Made by a program: the position numbers and the translations under genes. Of a DNA stretch of 64,000 nucleotides, positions 50,445 to 63,433 are shown piece by piece (within the stretch, counting starts at the first letter, position 1; each line of letters begins with the position of its first letter). Source of the DNA: Dipteris shenzhenensis (taxonomy: Eukaryota); NCBI GenBank assembly GCA_047967505.1, contig CM106538.1; one strand, given 5' to 3'. Below the pieces are notes generated by a model, which saw only the letters and a list, made by a program, of their open reading frames with translations, ran no database searches and was not told the origin of the DNA.

Positions 50445-52122
50445 CTGTCCACGTTATTTAGGAAATAGTAACATCAATATTTGATAGCAATCTTACACAT
50501 TTTCCAAGCCCCTTCCCATTTTTTCTCTTACTATCCTCAAATTGATATATATATATATATCAGTATAAAGCAAAATGCAGAATACCAGCATATCCAGATG
50601 ATAAATATTACCAAACTCAAACATATGACACAAGAATCAAAACATGTCCGACAAGTATCTTAGCAGCTCATACAAAATACCTGTCGACGATAGTAAGGCA
50701 ACAATGATGCTAATGGCCAGAGAATCCTATGTAGTACATCCATTTTACCTCAACTAACATATCCCACAACAATAAATAGAGCTCACATCTTCATTACCCC
50801 CATAAAGAGAAAACATATCCACCTCGGCTAATTAGAGTATATGATTCCAATCATGTCCAAATAAATTGCAGTAGGAAAACATTGACTTGCAGATTTGCAA
50901 GAGGCGCTCTTCTACTCTGAAAAAAGGTGGTTAGATTACATGTTAATAAGATAACAACATGAAAACTAATAACCAGCATATGTAGTACAGAACCTAACTA
51001 TAATCATGATAAAATTGGAATTCTATAATCACAATAATTCTATGTAATACAGAAGCCTAACTATAATCACATTAAAATTGGAATTCTATTGTGATAAACC
51101 GCAATTACCAACCAATAAAACTAGATAAAACACAAAGAGTGAAAAATTTTAAGACAACGTAATCGAAGGAACTCTCCATTCCTCCTTTAACCTAAAAAGA
51201 CAGAAAATCGATATCACAGTCTACCACAAGGTCCACAAGGTCGGACCTGGTTGTACAAGTCTTTAGGTGTGTATGTTGGAATGAGGATGAGAGGAGAACA
51301 CCAAAAAGTGGAGATGTATTGAGAATGCAACACTTGTGTTAAAAGAATGACCGAATTGAGGAATATATACTCTACAAAGGAAACTAACCCTGGGAGAAAA
51401 ACCTCTAACTAGAGGGGAAATACCCCAAGGATGTGTTCACACCACACTACTATTACAATTATGAACCTGTGTAACACCCCTTGTATATACCTCATGACAA
51501 TACCCTCTTCTAACTGCAGGTAGTCCCAAGATGTTCGAATAGTGCATGCCAAAGTTACTTGTGAAATGTGCATCACAGTCAGAAAAAATCTCAGAAGGAA
51601 GGCCATGATGTACAAAGGTGTACTTTATAAATAGTCGAGCTGCAGCAGGTCCTTTGAGAGTTTTTCAACAAGGAATGAAATGGGCCTGTTTGATAAGTCT
51701 GCCCAAATCTGGTCATTTCCTTGAGGTGTTCGTAGAATTCTGAAAATACAATCCATGGTAATGGAATCACACAAAGAAGGTGGTATAGGAACAGGTTGGA
51801 GAAGACCTGGGATCTTTCCTCTGTCAAACTAAACCTTCTAACAAATGAGGCATTCTCCCACATGAACCCTTGGCTCAATTAATAATTGTGTATTTTCTCA
51901 TACCAAGCCCTTGGAGCTTGTTTCAGACCCTACAATGCTTTACACAACTGACACACTTTACATTCCTGTCCAGGCATCACAAATCCAATGACTTGACTCA
52001 CATGACTTCCTCATCTTAAGTCTTGGGTGTGAATGCCACTAAAAAATCAAATGGTCAGCCTAGGGTGTGAATGCTACTAAAAAACCCCACCCCTTAGCTC
52101 TTATCTTATCTGGTTTTTTCCA

Positions 52123-52168
52123 TTCTCATAGACTCTTCAATCTTTCGAAGACCTTGATAAACTCTCTC
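52123..52168 (+). mobile_element. Degenerate family-1 LINE terminal hairpin/tail
   Basis: TTCTCATAGACT-CTTC-AATCT-TTCGA-AGAC-CTT-GATAAA-CTCTCTC. Confidence 0.6.
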
Positions 52169-52171
52169 AGA

Positions 52172-52788
52172 TTATACAGGCAGAGTTCGCCATGACCCCT
52201 CTCCAGGTTGATGCCATCTTTTAGACAATGGCATTCCTCCACGGAGTCTGGGCCTTACCCAAGTGGAGATTACCGAGGCTAGCATTGGAGTCTTCCAGGA
52301 GACTGCCAGAGAGTGGTGTTGATACAACATGGTACGCACGGGTATCCACATGGTTTGGTGGTCACAGCATTCAGATGGACAGACTTCCCCCCCTTCAGTA
52401 CAGCATGAATGCACCACCCGAGATCTTCCCATGAGATGAGATCAACCGTATCATACGGTTGGACCTCCTCCAACTTCATACGTCTAGGGCTTCGGGGGAG
52501 AGGAGTTCCCCACCAAGATCCAATTCTACCATGACCACTTCCTGAGGGTCTCGGAGTATGGTCTCGTCATCAAACCTCAGTATTTTGAGATAGGAGAGTC
52601 ACATGCACTAAGGATCACCATCAAACAGTTGCGAGTCTCAACCATCAACTGAGGATTGAGGCAAGGAGAGCTGCAAGAATACCCAGAGAGCAGAGGATCT
52701 ACAGACTATGCCCGATGGGGGAGGTCGAGACAGAGGAGCACTTTCTCTGTGTCTGCCCAGTCTACTATGTGTAGGCAGGGTCTCTCTC
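52172..52788 (+). mobile_element. Degenerate RTEX-like LINE ORF2 C-terminal fragment
   Basis: WYARVSTWF..DRLPPLQYSMNAPP and, in shifted frames, QLRV..HQLRIE..ETEEHF..CPVYY; homologous to 33800-34520. Confidence 0.75.
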
Positions 52789-52789
52789 C

Positions 52790-55330
52790 CATCTAGACCA
52801 CTGCATGTAATGGGAAGTGCCCAGTGGTCTGCCATGCTCATCAAGTATACTATCATTCCTAATGATCGGCTTCCTATCAGTCTCTTCGAGGGTAGAGGGC
52901 GGAACCCTTCGAAGAGTGTTCCTGAAGCTCCCCCAAGCTTTCAGGATGGCAGTCATGAGAGGAGAGGCAAGAGATCTGAGAGGGGTGGAAGTAAAAGTCC
53001 AACGAGGGCTGTCCACCCAATCATCTCCCAAGGTAGGTGTGCAAGCCTGAATGCATCCAAAAAAGAAATCCTTCCAAGGTTTCTGCCCAGGCATGAGTCC
53101 CCTCACCACCACCTTACAAAGCAATGCCCTGCACTACAAGTCTGGGTCAATGATATTAAGGCCCCTTCACATGTAGGGAGAATAATGGTCTGCCGTGACA
53201 TCAAGTCCACTCTATAAAAAATTCTTGACTAGTCTAATGAGCTGAGTGATGCAATCCCTAGACCGAATCCCTAGACCGGCACCAGCAAGAACACACAAAC
53301 CAGGCGGTGGCCAAAAGAACCTGGTTCACTACCACAACTCTAGATGCAAGGTTGAGTTTGGCTGAGCTCCAAAAAATGAGCTTTTTCCTTATACTCTCGA
53401 GTGCTGGGGCAAACTACTGTGCTGGAGAGATGCCCAATCCTACCTGGCATCCCAAATATCTGACAGGAACACCCCTCTGAATCCAGGAAAAGCCAATGTC
53501 AACTCCCTAGCCTGGAGTGTCCTCATCACTGATCCAAAAGCCAAAGGATTTATGCCAATTAATGTGTGTGCCTGCAGCTAAGCAAAAGATATCCAAGGCT
53601 GTATGAAAAGAATCAAGTGACTGTGAAGAGGCTTCAATAAAAATAGCAGTGTCATCAGCCAACTCATAGTCAAGAAGCTCCTGCTCCTATCTCAAGGGCA
53701 ATCTCAGCCCATAAAGATCAGCCTGAGATCTAAGGAAGATACTCATAGCTTCTACCACAAAAAGAAAAAGGAAGGGGGCTAAAGGACATCCCTGACGAAC
53801 TGACCTGAAAATCTGAAACTTGTCACCCCTTACCCCTCTGATCAAAACCTGGCTGTGGACTGATCTGTAAAGGGAGGCCAACCCTCTAATCCATGCATCC
53901 GAAAATCCAAATCATAGAAGAGTGCCCTCAAGAAAACCCCAATCTACTCTGTCATAGGCTTTCTCAAAGTCCAAGAGTAGAACTGCCAGCCTCTGCTTAC
54001 TCTACATAGCTCACTCTGTGGCTTCCCAAAAGGAAAAGATATTATCAAATATGCTCATGCCATGCACAAAGCCTGTCTGAGTATCATGGATGAGGTCTGG
54101 AAGAAGGGACTGCAATCGGATGCTGATCGCCTTGGCAAGGATTTTGTATAGAGTGCCCAAAAGAGTGATGGGTCTCCAATGGGATACATTTCCTATTGCC
54201 ACCTTTCGAGATAAGGTGTATGAGTCCCTCGATCAGTGAGTCAGGCATCTCACCCGAGTCCCAAATGCCCTGCAGGGCTGAAGTAATATGATCACCTATC
54301 ATATCCCAAAAGGCTGTAAAAAAAGATGGAGTAAGACTATCGGAACCAGGGCACTTGCCCTTATGAAGGACGGAGAGCGCAGTCCTGAACTCTGTGTTGG
54401 TAAAGCGTGCATCAAGTGAGCATATCATCTCTGGTGTGACCAACACAGGTAAACTCTGCCAAACTACATCTCTAGCCACAACTCTGGCCTGTGTGTCAGG
54501 ATCTGCAGAAAGAAGAGAGGCATAAAAATCTGTCGCTAAGTGCATGATAGTATCCGGATGATACTGCAAAATGCCATCAGAGTCAATAAGCTGCCTGACA
54601 CTCTCTCTACTATGTCTGGGACCACGTGTAGAGAAAAGTGTTTATTGACTCTCCCTCCCATCTGTATCCAAAAGGACTCCCGTGCATGAAAGGCATACTT
54701 TGTTCTCTGATCAAGCAATGTCTGCAAGTGAGCCCTTGCTGCAGCAAGGCGCTCATGTATCCAAGCATCTGATGGTCGTCTCTGCTCCTCCCTCTGCAAG
54801 GCTGCCAACTGCCGGCAGATACCAATCTCCCGCCTGAGTACCTCACCTCGACAAGCACTAGCGACAGAGTGATAAAAGTCACTGATACTGGCATGTGCTG
54901 TGGCCACATGTGAAGGATCGGCCACCCCTCTTGCCATTTCTTCCATTTCCGTTTTGGAGGGGGCCGAAAACTCTGTTTCTTCCGTTTCCAATTCTTCTGT
55001 TTCCTGGTAACTATGCCTCCTTGCGGCCTGCTGCCCCCTCCCCCGCAATCCCTCCTACCTTGCTCGGCTGGCTCAGCCCTCCACGACAGCACCCCCCTCG
55101 CGGGTCTCCTCCCTAAGCCCTGGATGCACCTCTAGCAGCCCCAACTGCTCCTTCCTCTCTGCGCCACCTGTGCCACCTTCCAACTACCCCCGCCAGAGCC
55201 TTCAGCCACCCCCGTCGGCTCTATTCCTGTCGCGATAACTGCTGTACCAGCCCTCGCCATCTCCAACTACTCCTGCACCTCACACAAGCTCCTAGCTGAT
55301 GCGCCTCCAAATGGGCCTACTTTAGGGTTC
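52790..55330 (-). mobile_element. Degenerate L1-clade LINE ORF2 fragment
   Basis: GKCPGSDSLT..WRPITLLGTLYKILAK..QTGFV..LLDFEKAYD..VRQGCPLAPFLF..ADDTA..YLG; the right boundary is approximate. Confidence 0.82.
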
Positions 55331-55359
55331 CTCTAACCTGCAACAAGGCCCAAAAAAGG

Positions 55360-58300
55360 TGACAAAATATAAAGAGGGGAGAGGAGAAGAGTGGAGATGA
55401 GGAGAGAGGGCACAGCTAGAGAGCACATCACAAATGACTAACTGTACACTAGATTTAGTTGAAAAAATAGAATATATACAAACCCATTTAGGGTTAGGGT
55501 TAGGAGATCTAACCCTTTTCTTTATAGCACTCTATAAGGTTAGTGCTATGCACATATGATCACATGATGATGCTATGCACACGTGATCACATGATGTTGA
55601 GCGTGAACTCTTAATACCTTCCCTCAAGATCAACATCATGAAGTAGGCCTTCCCTCAAGATAATGATTCTGGGAAATCGAAGAAGGACTGAGCATTACAT
55701 TCCATCACACCCCTTTAATGGGAATGTCCTTCCTCTGCGTCAAACCAAGAGCTAGTCGGTGTTTCTCGAATAGCTCTTTACCGAGTGGTTTGGTAAAGAT
55801 GTCTGCAACATTCTCTTTGCTATCACAATGCTGCAGTGTGATGTCACCAAGTAATACTATTTCTTTGATGAAGTGCTCTCTGACATCAATGTGCTTTGTC
55901 GGAGTGATATACTCGATTCTTGGCCAATGCTTGAGCCAATTCATTATCACAGTATATTGTTGTTGGCTTTGACTCATCAAAGTAATCTGTTTCTGACAAT
56001 AGTCTTCTGAGCCATGTAGCCTCACATGCACCTGTAGTGAGTGCTCTATATTCTGCTTCAGTCGAAGACAAAGAAACAGTTGGCTGTTTATTTGACAACC
56101 ATGATATAGTACCTTGACCAAGAAAAAATGCATATCCCTATGTCGATCTCCTAATCTCATGATCTCCGACATAGTCACTGTCACAGCATCCATGCAAACG
56201 TGGATGACTTCCTCTGTATTCTATCACAAACTATCTTGTACCTCTGATGTATCTCAGTGAGACTATTTTGGATTTGCCATAAATTGTGCTTACTGCATAA
56301 CAAATATCTGACCGTGTGATTGTCAGATATATAAGAGATCCGATGGGTTGCATGTGGTACCTATCATTGACTGTGGGCTTTTCTGAATCTTTAGTAAGTT
56401 CCAAACTCTGTTCCAAACTCTGTTCCATGGGAGTGACTGCAATCTTGCAATCTGTCATATGAAACTTCTTCAAGAGACTGTTAACATACTTGAGTTGACT
56501 CATGAATGTGCAATATGAATCTCTCCAGAACTCAATTCTAAGACAATAGTGCATAAGTCCAAGATCTTTCATGTCGAACTTTGTATATAAGTCTTGTTTC
56601 AATTTTCTAATGAAGCTATCCTTGCTTCCTGTCACAATCAGATCATCTACGTACAAAAGTACAATAGTTTTTTCTAGTAGAGAGTATAATCTACATTGGA
56701 CTTCATGTATCCCATTAGCAAAATACTTGTCAATTATGCTGTACTAACTTTTGGGTACTTGCTTTAAGCCGTAGAGACTTTTCTTGAGATGGCAAACCTT
56801 ATTCTCCTTTCCTGGTTCAACATAACCTGCTGGTTGTTGCATGTAGACTTCCTCATCTAGATAACCATTGAGAAATGCATTCTTAATATCGAGCTGGTAC
56901 ACATTCGATCTGCTGAGTGTCGCTAGTGATATCAAGAACCGTATGGAATCCATCTTTGCTACTGGAGCATAAGTCTCATCACAATCTTGACCATATTGCT
57001 GTGCAAATCCTTTTGCAGCTAGTCTGACTTTATATCTCTAAATACTTGCCATCTAAATTGTACTTCACTTTGTATACCCATTTGTTTGCTATGGCCTTCT
57101 TACCTGGTGGAAGGTCACATAATTCCCAAGTATTATTCTTATACAAAGCATCCATTTCTTCATTCATAGCAGTTTGCCATTCTGGCTTGTCTACTGCGTC
57201 TTCGAAGTACATTGGCTCTTCTGTAGCCATGATGGTAGTCATAAGAGCATAATTAGTGGTTTCCGCCTAAATTTCTTTGCCTTTTTAAGCATATGTCAAT
57301 CTGACTAGAGGTCTGTTTTCCCTAGTAGACCGTCTGAGCTGTTGTAGCTCTGCTTGAGGTATGGCTGGCAATTCTTACTCTTCTTCATCAACCTGTTCTG
57401 TAGATGACTATGAGATCGATGCTTCTATCTCCTATGTAGGTGAGGTTTTCCATTCTGATTCCTCATCAAAGATTACATCTCTAGAGATAATGACCTTGCG
57501 GTTGTTAGAATCATACAATTTGTATACTTTGCTTTCTTCACTATAGCCAATCATGATGCATTTACGTGACTTCGCATCCAATTTCCTGCGATAATCATCA
57601 TGTATGTGGACATACGCTATGCAACCAAATATGCGGAGATGCCCAATATGTAGCTTGTGTCCAGTGAATGCTTCATAAGGAGTCATATCCTGTATCGGTT
57701 CGGTAAGAAGCCGATTAAGCAAGTAGTTTGCTGTGGCTATTACTTCTGCCTAATACTGATTCGAAAGATGTTTTTCACTAAGCATTGCTCTAGCACTGTC
57801 TGCTAAAGTCCCATTCTTCCTTTCAACTCTTGTATTTTGTTGAGGAGTATCTGCACATGTGAATTGTCTTCGTATACCGTGACTTCTGCAAAAGTTCATG
57901 AATGTTGAAGACATGTATTCACCTGCTCTATCTGATCTCATGACCTTGATCTTTCTGCCTGTTTGATTTTCTACCATGGCTTTGAATTCTTAAAATCCGA
58001 AAAACACTTCAGATTTCTCTTTCATAAAGTAGACCCAACAATATATGCTGTAGTCGTCGATGAAAGTCAAGTAGTAAAGTGAACCATTGATGCTGCGGGT
58101 CTGGGCATAACACCATACATCTGTATGTATTAAATCAAGAATACCTCGTGCACAAGAGGTACTTCTGCCAAAGTTGGTTCGCTTTTGTTTGCCGAAGTAG
58201 CATGCTTCGGCAAACTTTTCCAAGAAACTATAGCTTTGGAATCCCAATTGCCATATTTTGATTCCTGAGATCTAACAAGTACTTGAAGTTGACATGACCA

Positions 58301-60931
58301 TATCTCTTGTGCCATTTTGCAGATAGTGGCATCTGTTGCGGTTAAGCTGACATGGCATGCTTATCTGATATTGTAGCTAGCATTCTGTATAAGCGTCCTT
58401 CCTTGACACCTTTTGCTACTAGCTGACATCTTTTGGATTTGTCTCTGATAGTGCATTCATCACCGGCGAAGATGACTCAATAATTATGTTCCGTCATTTG
58501 ACCTACTGACAAAAGATTCTTGCTTAGCTTCGGAACATAGAGCACATCTTTCACCAATTCTTTCGTACCAGTGATTGTTCATAGGGATAACGCCTGTCCC
58601 TTGAACCAGATTCAGTGTATTGTCTACTGTGTAGATGACATTTTTCTGACCTTCTAATGGCTTCATTTCTGTGAACCATTCCTAATGATTTGTCATGTGA
58701 GATGATGCATCGCTGTCGATATACCAAGGATCCTGTTCCACTTCGTCGACTTGATAGTTGTAATCCTCTTTGGGATTGAAATCAATCTAGATACTTTGTA
58801 TCAGTCTGCTGCATTTCCTTGCTTGCAAGCAACATATTCCCATGTTCATTTGCAAAATGACTGTGACTAGAATATCCACCACGATGATTTCCTCTACCTT
58901 GAAAATTCCCTCAATTACTACTGGATTGACCGCCTTGGTCGTACTGCTTCTTACGGCAATCTCTGTCATAGTGTCCAAACTTGTGACAGTAGTTCTACTG
59001 GATGTTTGACACGTTGGTGGATGCATTCCCTCGTCCTTGAAATCTTCCTCGGTTGAAATGATTTCCTCTTTGCTGATTTTGATACTGCTGAGGATGATGC
59101 TGATGCTGATGTTAATGCTGACTTTGATTCTGTTGCTGATGATGACTTCTTCTCTGATATGCCTCTGCCTCTGCCTCTGCCTCTGCCTCTGCCTCTGCCT
59201 CTACCTCTGCTTCTGTCTGAAGCTGTGAATGTCTGATCATTAGAATGACCTTTACGTGCTTGAATTGCCTGAGTCCTGAGTTCTTCACCAAGTAGAACTG
59301 ACTGAAGTTCTTCCAATGTTGAAATTTGATGTTGAATGGCAATACTCTGGACTAGATTCTCGTATCCTTCTCCTAGTCCATTCAAGATTACTTGAACCAT
59401 TTCTGCAGGGTTCATAGTCTCACTGACGAAATCTGTGAAAGATTTCATCAACAAAAACGAAATTCCGTCGGTGTTACAGTCGTCATGGTTTGTTGGAGCA
59501 CGTTGTAAGCACAGAGGTCGTTGGAGTCGTCTGTCAAAGGCGTTGTTTGGATGCTTGACTGTGGAGCTTTTACCATCGGTGGAGCTGCGTCTGGCCTTAG
59601 AGGCTGGAGAGAGTCACGCTAGACAGACGGCCGTTGGGCGCCAGGTAGATCACAGGCCCGTGGTTGGCAAGGTTGGAGCCGGGAGCAAATTCTGTCGGCT
59701 ATGGCGTTGCCTTCGTGAAGGCTGGCCCGTGGCTGGAGCGTTGATCGAATGCGTCAATGGAGCGGATGTTGAGCGCTGTTCAGTGCTGGCGGAGCTACGT
59801 GATGGTTCCTTTGGAGGCTGGTTCAAAAGCTATGTGATGGCTTGGGTGCTGGAATCAGGCAAGGAGGTCCATTGATGGAGGCGGCCCGTTAGAGGTTGAA
59901 GTAGGAGATGAAGGCCTTGTTGAAGATGGCGCTGGCCTTGGAGTCTTGGAGGTGGCTAAGCGTAGAGCTCTTGGAGCCACTGTGCGAGCTGAAGGAGTCG
60001 ATGAGAGCTGCTGTTGCAGACTGGATGGCATCGTTGGAGAGGTAGTTCGTAGCTTGAAGTTGTTGTAGGATGCACCACTGCAGGGTCGACTACCTTGCTG
60101 GCTGCATAGGTGCCATTGTGTGAAAGCCGAGTGTAGATAGCTTTTGCTGCAGTCCGCTTGCTGTAGGAGATGTAAGTCACCTTATGTTGCTAGAAGCATT
60201 GAACACTCGTTGAGGCTTTGCTCATAGATAGACAGCATTGCTTTTCTTAGGAGCTTGATGTAGATAGAAGCAGAGTAGCTGGAGATTTGTTTGGTGGTGC
60301 CAAAGCCACCTTGGCTGTTCTTGAGAAGGACTCAAACCAGAACATAGAGAATGAAACTTCCACCAAAACACTCAAACTCCAAACTCACTAAATCCCTCAA
60401 AAAAGGAGCAGAAATTCAACCTCTCACACTCAATAAATTTCTCTCAGTGAAGAACTCTCCCTATCCTTCTCACAAACTCTCAAGGAAACAATGAATTGAA
60501 TGGAAGGAGATTAACGGAAATTTCTCAATCTCTCATGGACGGAATTCTCACATGAATGGAAATTTCTCTCTTTCTCTCTCTCTCAACAATGAATCGAAAG
60601 AACTCTCTCTCACATAAAAGGATAGTGGACGGAAATGTATGAGATTCATGGAAATCTCAACGAAAATTTTCTATCACTCTATGGAAGTGAATGGAACACT
60701 CAATCTCTCTCGATCTCTCAATCTCTCTCACACTCTCAAGGATCACAATGCCTCAGCGGAAGGCAAGGGCGCTCTGATACCATGACAAAATATGAAGAGG
60801 GGAGAGGAGACGAGTGGAGATGAGGAGAGAGGGCACAGCTAGAGAGCACATCACAAATGACTAACTATACACTAGATTTAGTTGAAAAAAATTTAGTTGA
60901 AAAAATAGAATATATACAAACCCCTTTAGGG
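55360..60931 (-). mobile_element. Degenerate Ty1/Copia element; 5' LTR truncated
   Basis: LTRs 55360-55616 and 60783-~60931 (TGACAAAATAT..GAGGGGAGAGGAG); PBS 60771-60782; PPT at 55617; gag (ILNGLGEGYENLV), protease (WYIDSDASSHM), integrase (LIHTDVW, RSDRAGEY, TPQQN), RT (QLDIKNAFLNG, YVDDL), RNase H (STEAEY, ADIFTKPL). Confidence 0.93.
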
Positions 60932-62488
60932 AGCGATGAAGCGCCATGACGGGAATGCCCGGAAGATATGTTGATGTCGGCCATGGGAGCAGCTACATGG
61001 GACAATCAGCCCATGACTCTCAAAGTGACAGAGTGAGAGTCACCAAATGTCGGAGAAGAATCTCAAGTTTGAGCAATTAGGCCCAAGGGGGGGCAAAATT
61101 CCCAAATGAATGTACCAAATGGTGATGAAATTACACGAATTTCGCAAAATCCCCAAAAGATTTACATAGTAGAAGCTTCAATTATGCCAAAAGAAGACAC
61201 AGGACAGAAAAGCCCTAAATTTTAGGGTTAGGGTTGCTGCAAAATTAGGGTTTGCAGAAAATTGGGGCTTTTCAAAATTTCCTAGAGCATAGTGTTCTAG
61301 CAATACTAGGGAAGCTTCAGATCATAAAAGCCGCAACAAATTCACCCAAAATGAGGCAAAATTCTTGAAAATCGCAATTTAGGATTTTGGGCTCAGAAAT
61401 GGGCTGGAACAAGCCGCTCTTCAGGTCGTCATGGAGCAGAAATGCTGGGCTTCAAGGTCGGTCTGAATCCCCTCCAAATGTGGCGGCGATTTTGGAGCTG
61501 GAATCCCAAGAATGGTGGCTCATTTCAGATGCAGGTCGTCTGTCGCCAGTATGTCGCCAGTATATGCGAGACGCCGCCAACATCATCACAACGACACCTT
61601 CACAGGAGCTGTCACAGGTCAGGGGCGGAAGGAGGAGAGCGAGGAGCGGCAGCAGCAATGGGCAGAATTCTTGGCCGAGATGCGTGAGCAGACTGCGAGA
61701 GAGGCGTGATCAGATTGCGAGGGATGCCTGAGCAGATTGCGAGGGAGGCGTGAGCAGATTGCGAGGGAGGAGAGAGGTAGCAAGCAGAGGAGTTAGCGGA
61801 GGAGATAGCGGGCAAGAGGTAACATCAGCGCGGACAAGAGAGGTAGCAAACAGTGGAGATAGCAATTCGAAGGAGTCCTTCAATTCTAAGGAAGGATTAC
61901 TGCAACATCGGCATTCTTGAGGCTGATGGCGCAACAAAAATCAGCAATTCGATGAATGACGTAGATGACGAGCCGTGAGCTCTGACAACAAGTGGTGCAA
62001 ATCCGCTTCAACAATGGCCGATGAGCTTCAGCAACTCGTGAAACATCTTAACAGCTCCCAATAGCCAGTCACAGTAGCAAAAACAGAAAGTCTTTGTTGG
62101 CAAAGGTCGAGCTACTCAATCGGCGAGGAATGCCATCAGGCAGGAGCTTCAAGGTGGCTCTGATACCAACTGTTGAAAATGGGGAGAGGGTGAGAGACAC
62201 TCAATCACATGATTGGAGACAAGAGCTGAGGCATGAACTGATGTTGATAGATTGTGTTATCATAGCAAGTACATAGCCTCATTCATAGGCTGGGCAAGCA
62301 TTATCTTCCCACACAGACACCTCAGATGAGGTCACACACAAGAGAATCTAGATCCTATAATCTAGGGGAGGAATCACACCTACCACATGAGGTGGCACAA
62401 GTGCCCTCCAGACTCTTCACACTCACACAACTGTAGGACACTCCTAGGACTCTAGGACCACACACACACTAGGACTCCGATTCCAACA
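60932..62488 (-). mobile_element. 5' part of another LTR retroelement (LTR + PBS + leader)
   Basis: LTR 62171-62488 (TGTTGAAA...TTCCAACA); PBS GCTCTGATACCA at 62157-62168; no convincing coding domain before the junction at ~60932. Confidence 0.7.
61682..61769. repeat. Minisatellite, 4 x 22 bp
   Basis: GCGTGAGCAGATTGCGAGGGAG units. Confidence 0.9.
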
Positions 62489-63433
62489 AAGATTTGGTTT
62501 ACCGAAGTGGGAGTCAACCTCACATGCGAGACAGCATGGAGCGTTGGTAAAGCCGAGACCCCAACAAGACCCCTTGTAATGAAACTCCAAACAGCTATGG
62601 ACAGGTCTACCCTCATGAGCATGAGGGCAACCTTGAAGGGGACCAGAATATACTTGGATGATGACCTCACATTGCTGCAGCAAGAGCATCGGAGAGAGGG
62701 AATGGTACAGGTTATGGCAGCAAGAGATGCAGGTAAATGGGCTGCCTATAGGGATGGCAAAGTGATTATCAGAGAGAGAGCAGACAGGGGAGAAAGGGAA
62801 GGAAGAGAAGAGGGAGAAATATACAGCACATGACGGTGTCAGACCTAGGAGACGAGCACCAGGAGGACTGAAAATGGCAGTTTGTAACTGCAACGGCACC
62901 CTCTCGTCTGGCCCAGGAGGCTTCCTGGAGACATACACTGACAGGGACATAGTTTTCTATACCGACACGAGAGCCCAAAGAGAGGGCTACCCACCGTGCC
63001 AGGATACACATGGGAATCTGCCCACAGGAAGGAACTAAGGATGGACAGTGGAGTACGAGGCTTTGGGGGTGTGGCTGTCCTCTTCAAGCCAGCCCTCAGG
63101 CCACTCCTTTCAGTGGTTAGGAAAGAGGAACATGCACGGCATATGTGGATTACAGTCCGGATACTAGAGGCATGACCGATCTTCATTGCGGTGTGCTACT
63201 TTCCTCTGGATACATCATCATATGCACGTGAGGTTGCCACAGAAGGGAACAGCCCGTATGAGAGTATACACGATGATATCACAGAGTTCACTAGACAGGG
63301 TGACACCCTCCTCCTTTGTGACTTCAATGCACACACACGGGACAACCAGGTGAGACTACTTGACTTTGCATCCGATTCCCTCATAGTACCAGAGTTAGAT
63401 GCAGTTGAGCTCAGGATTCTGAGACACTTTGCA
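62489..63433 (+). mobile_element. RTEX-like LINE: ORF1 C-terminus and AP endonuclease remnant
   Basis: AWSVGK..RPLVMKL..LKGTRIYLDDDLTLLQQEHRR (ORF1); GGVAVLFK..CYFP..LLCDFNAHT (APE). Confidence 0.8.

Noticed and set aside
51090-51962. TG...CA-bounded segment, possible solo LTR
   Set aside because: Flanks do not form a TSD and there is no second copy in the window.
59161-59212. (GCCTCT)n hexamer repeat
   Set aside because: It encodes the ordinary RGRG tract of the Copia gag on the minus strand.
59435-59875. 146-aa plus-strand ORF in the Copia leader
   Set aside because: Antisense to the element, no recognisable domain; probably a chance ORF.
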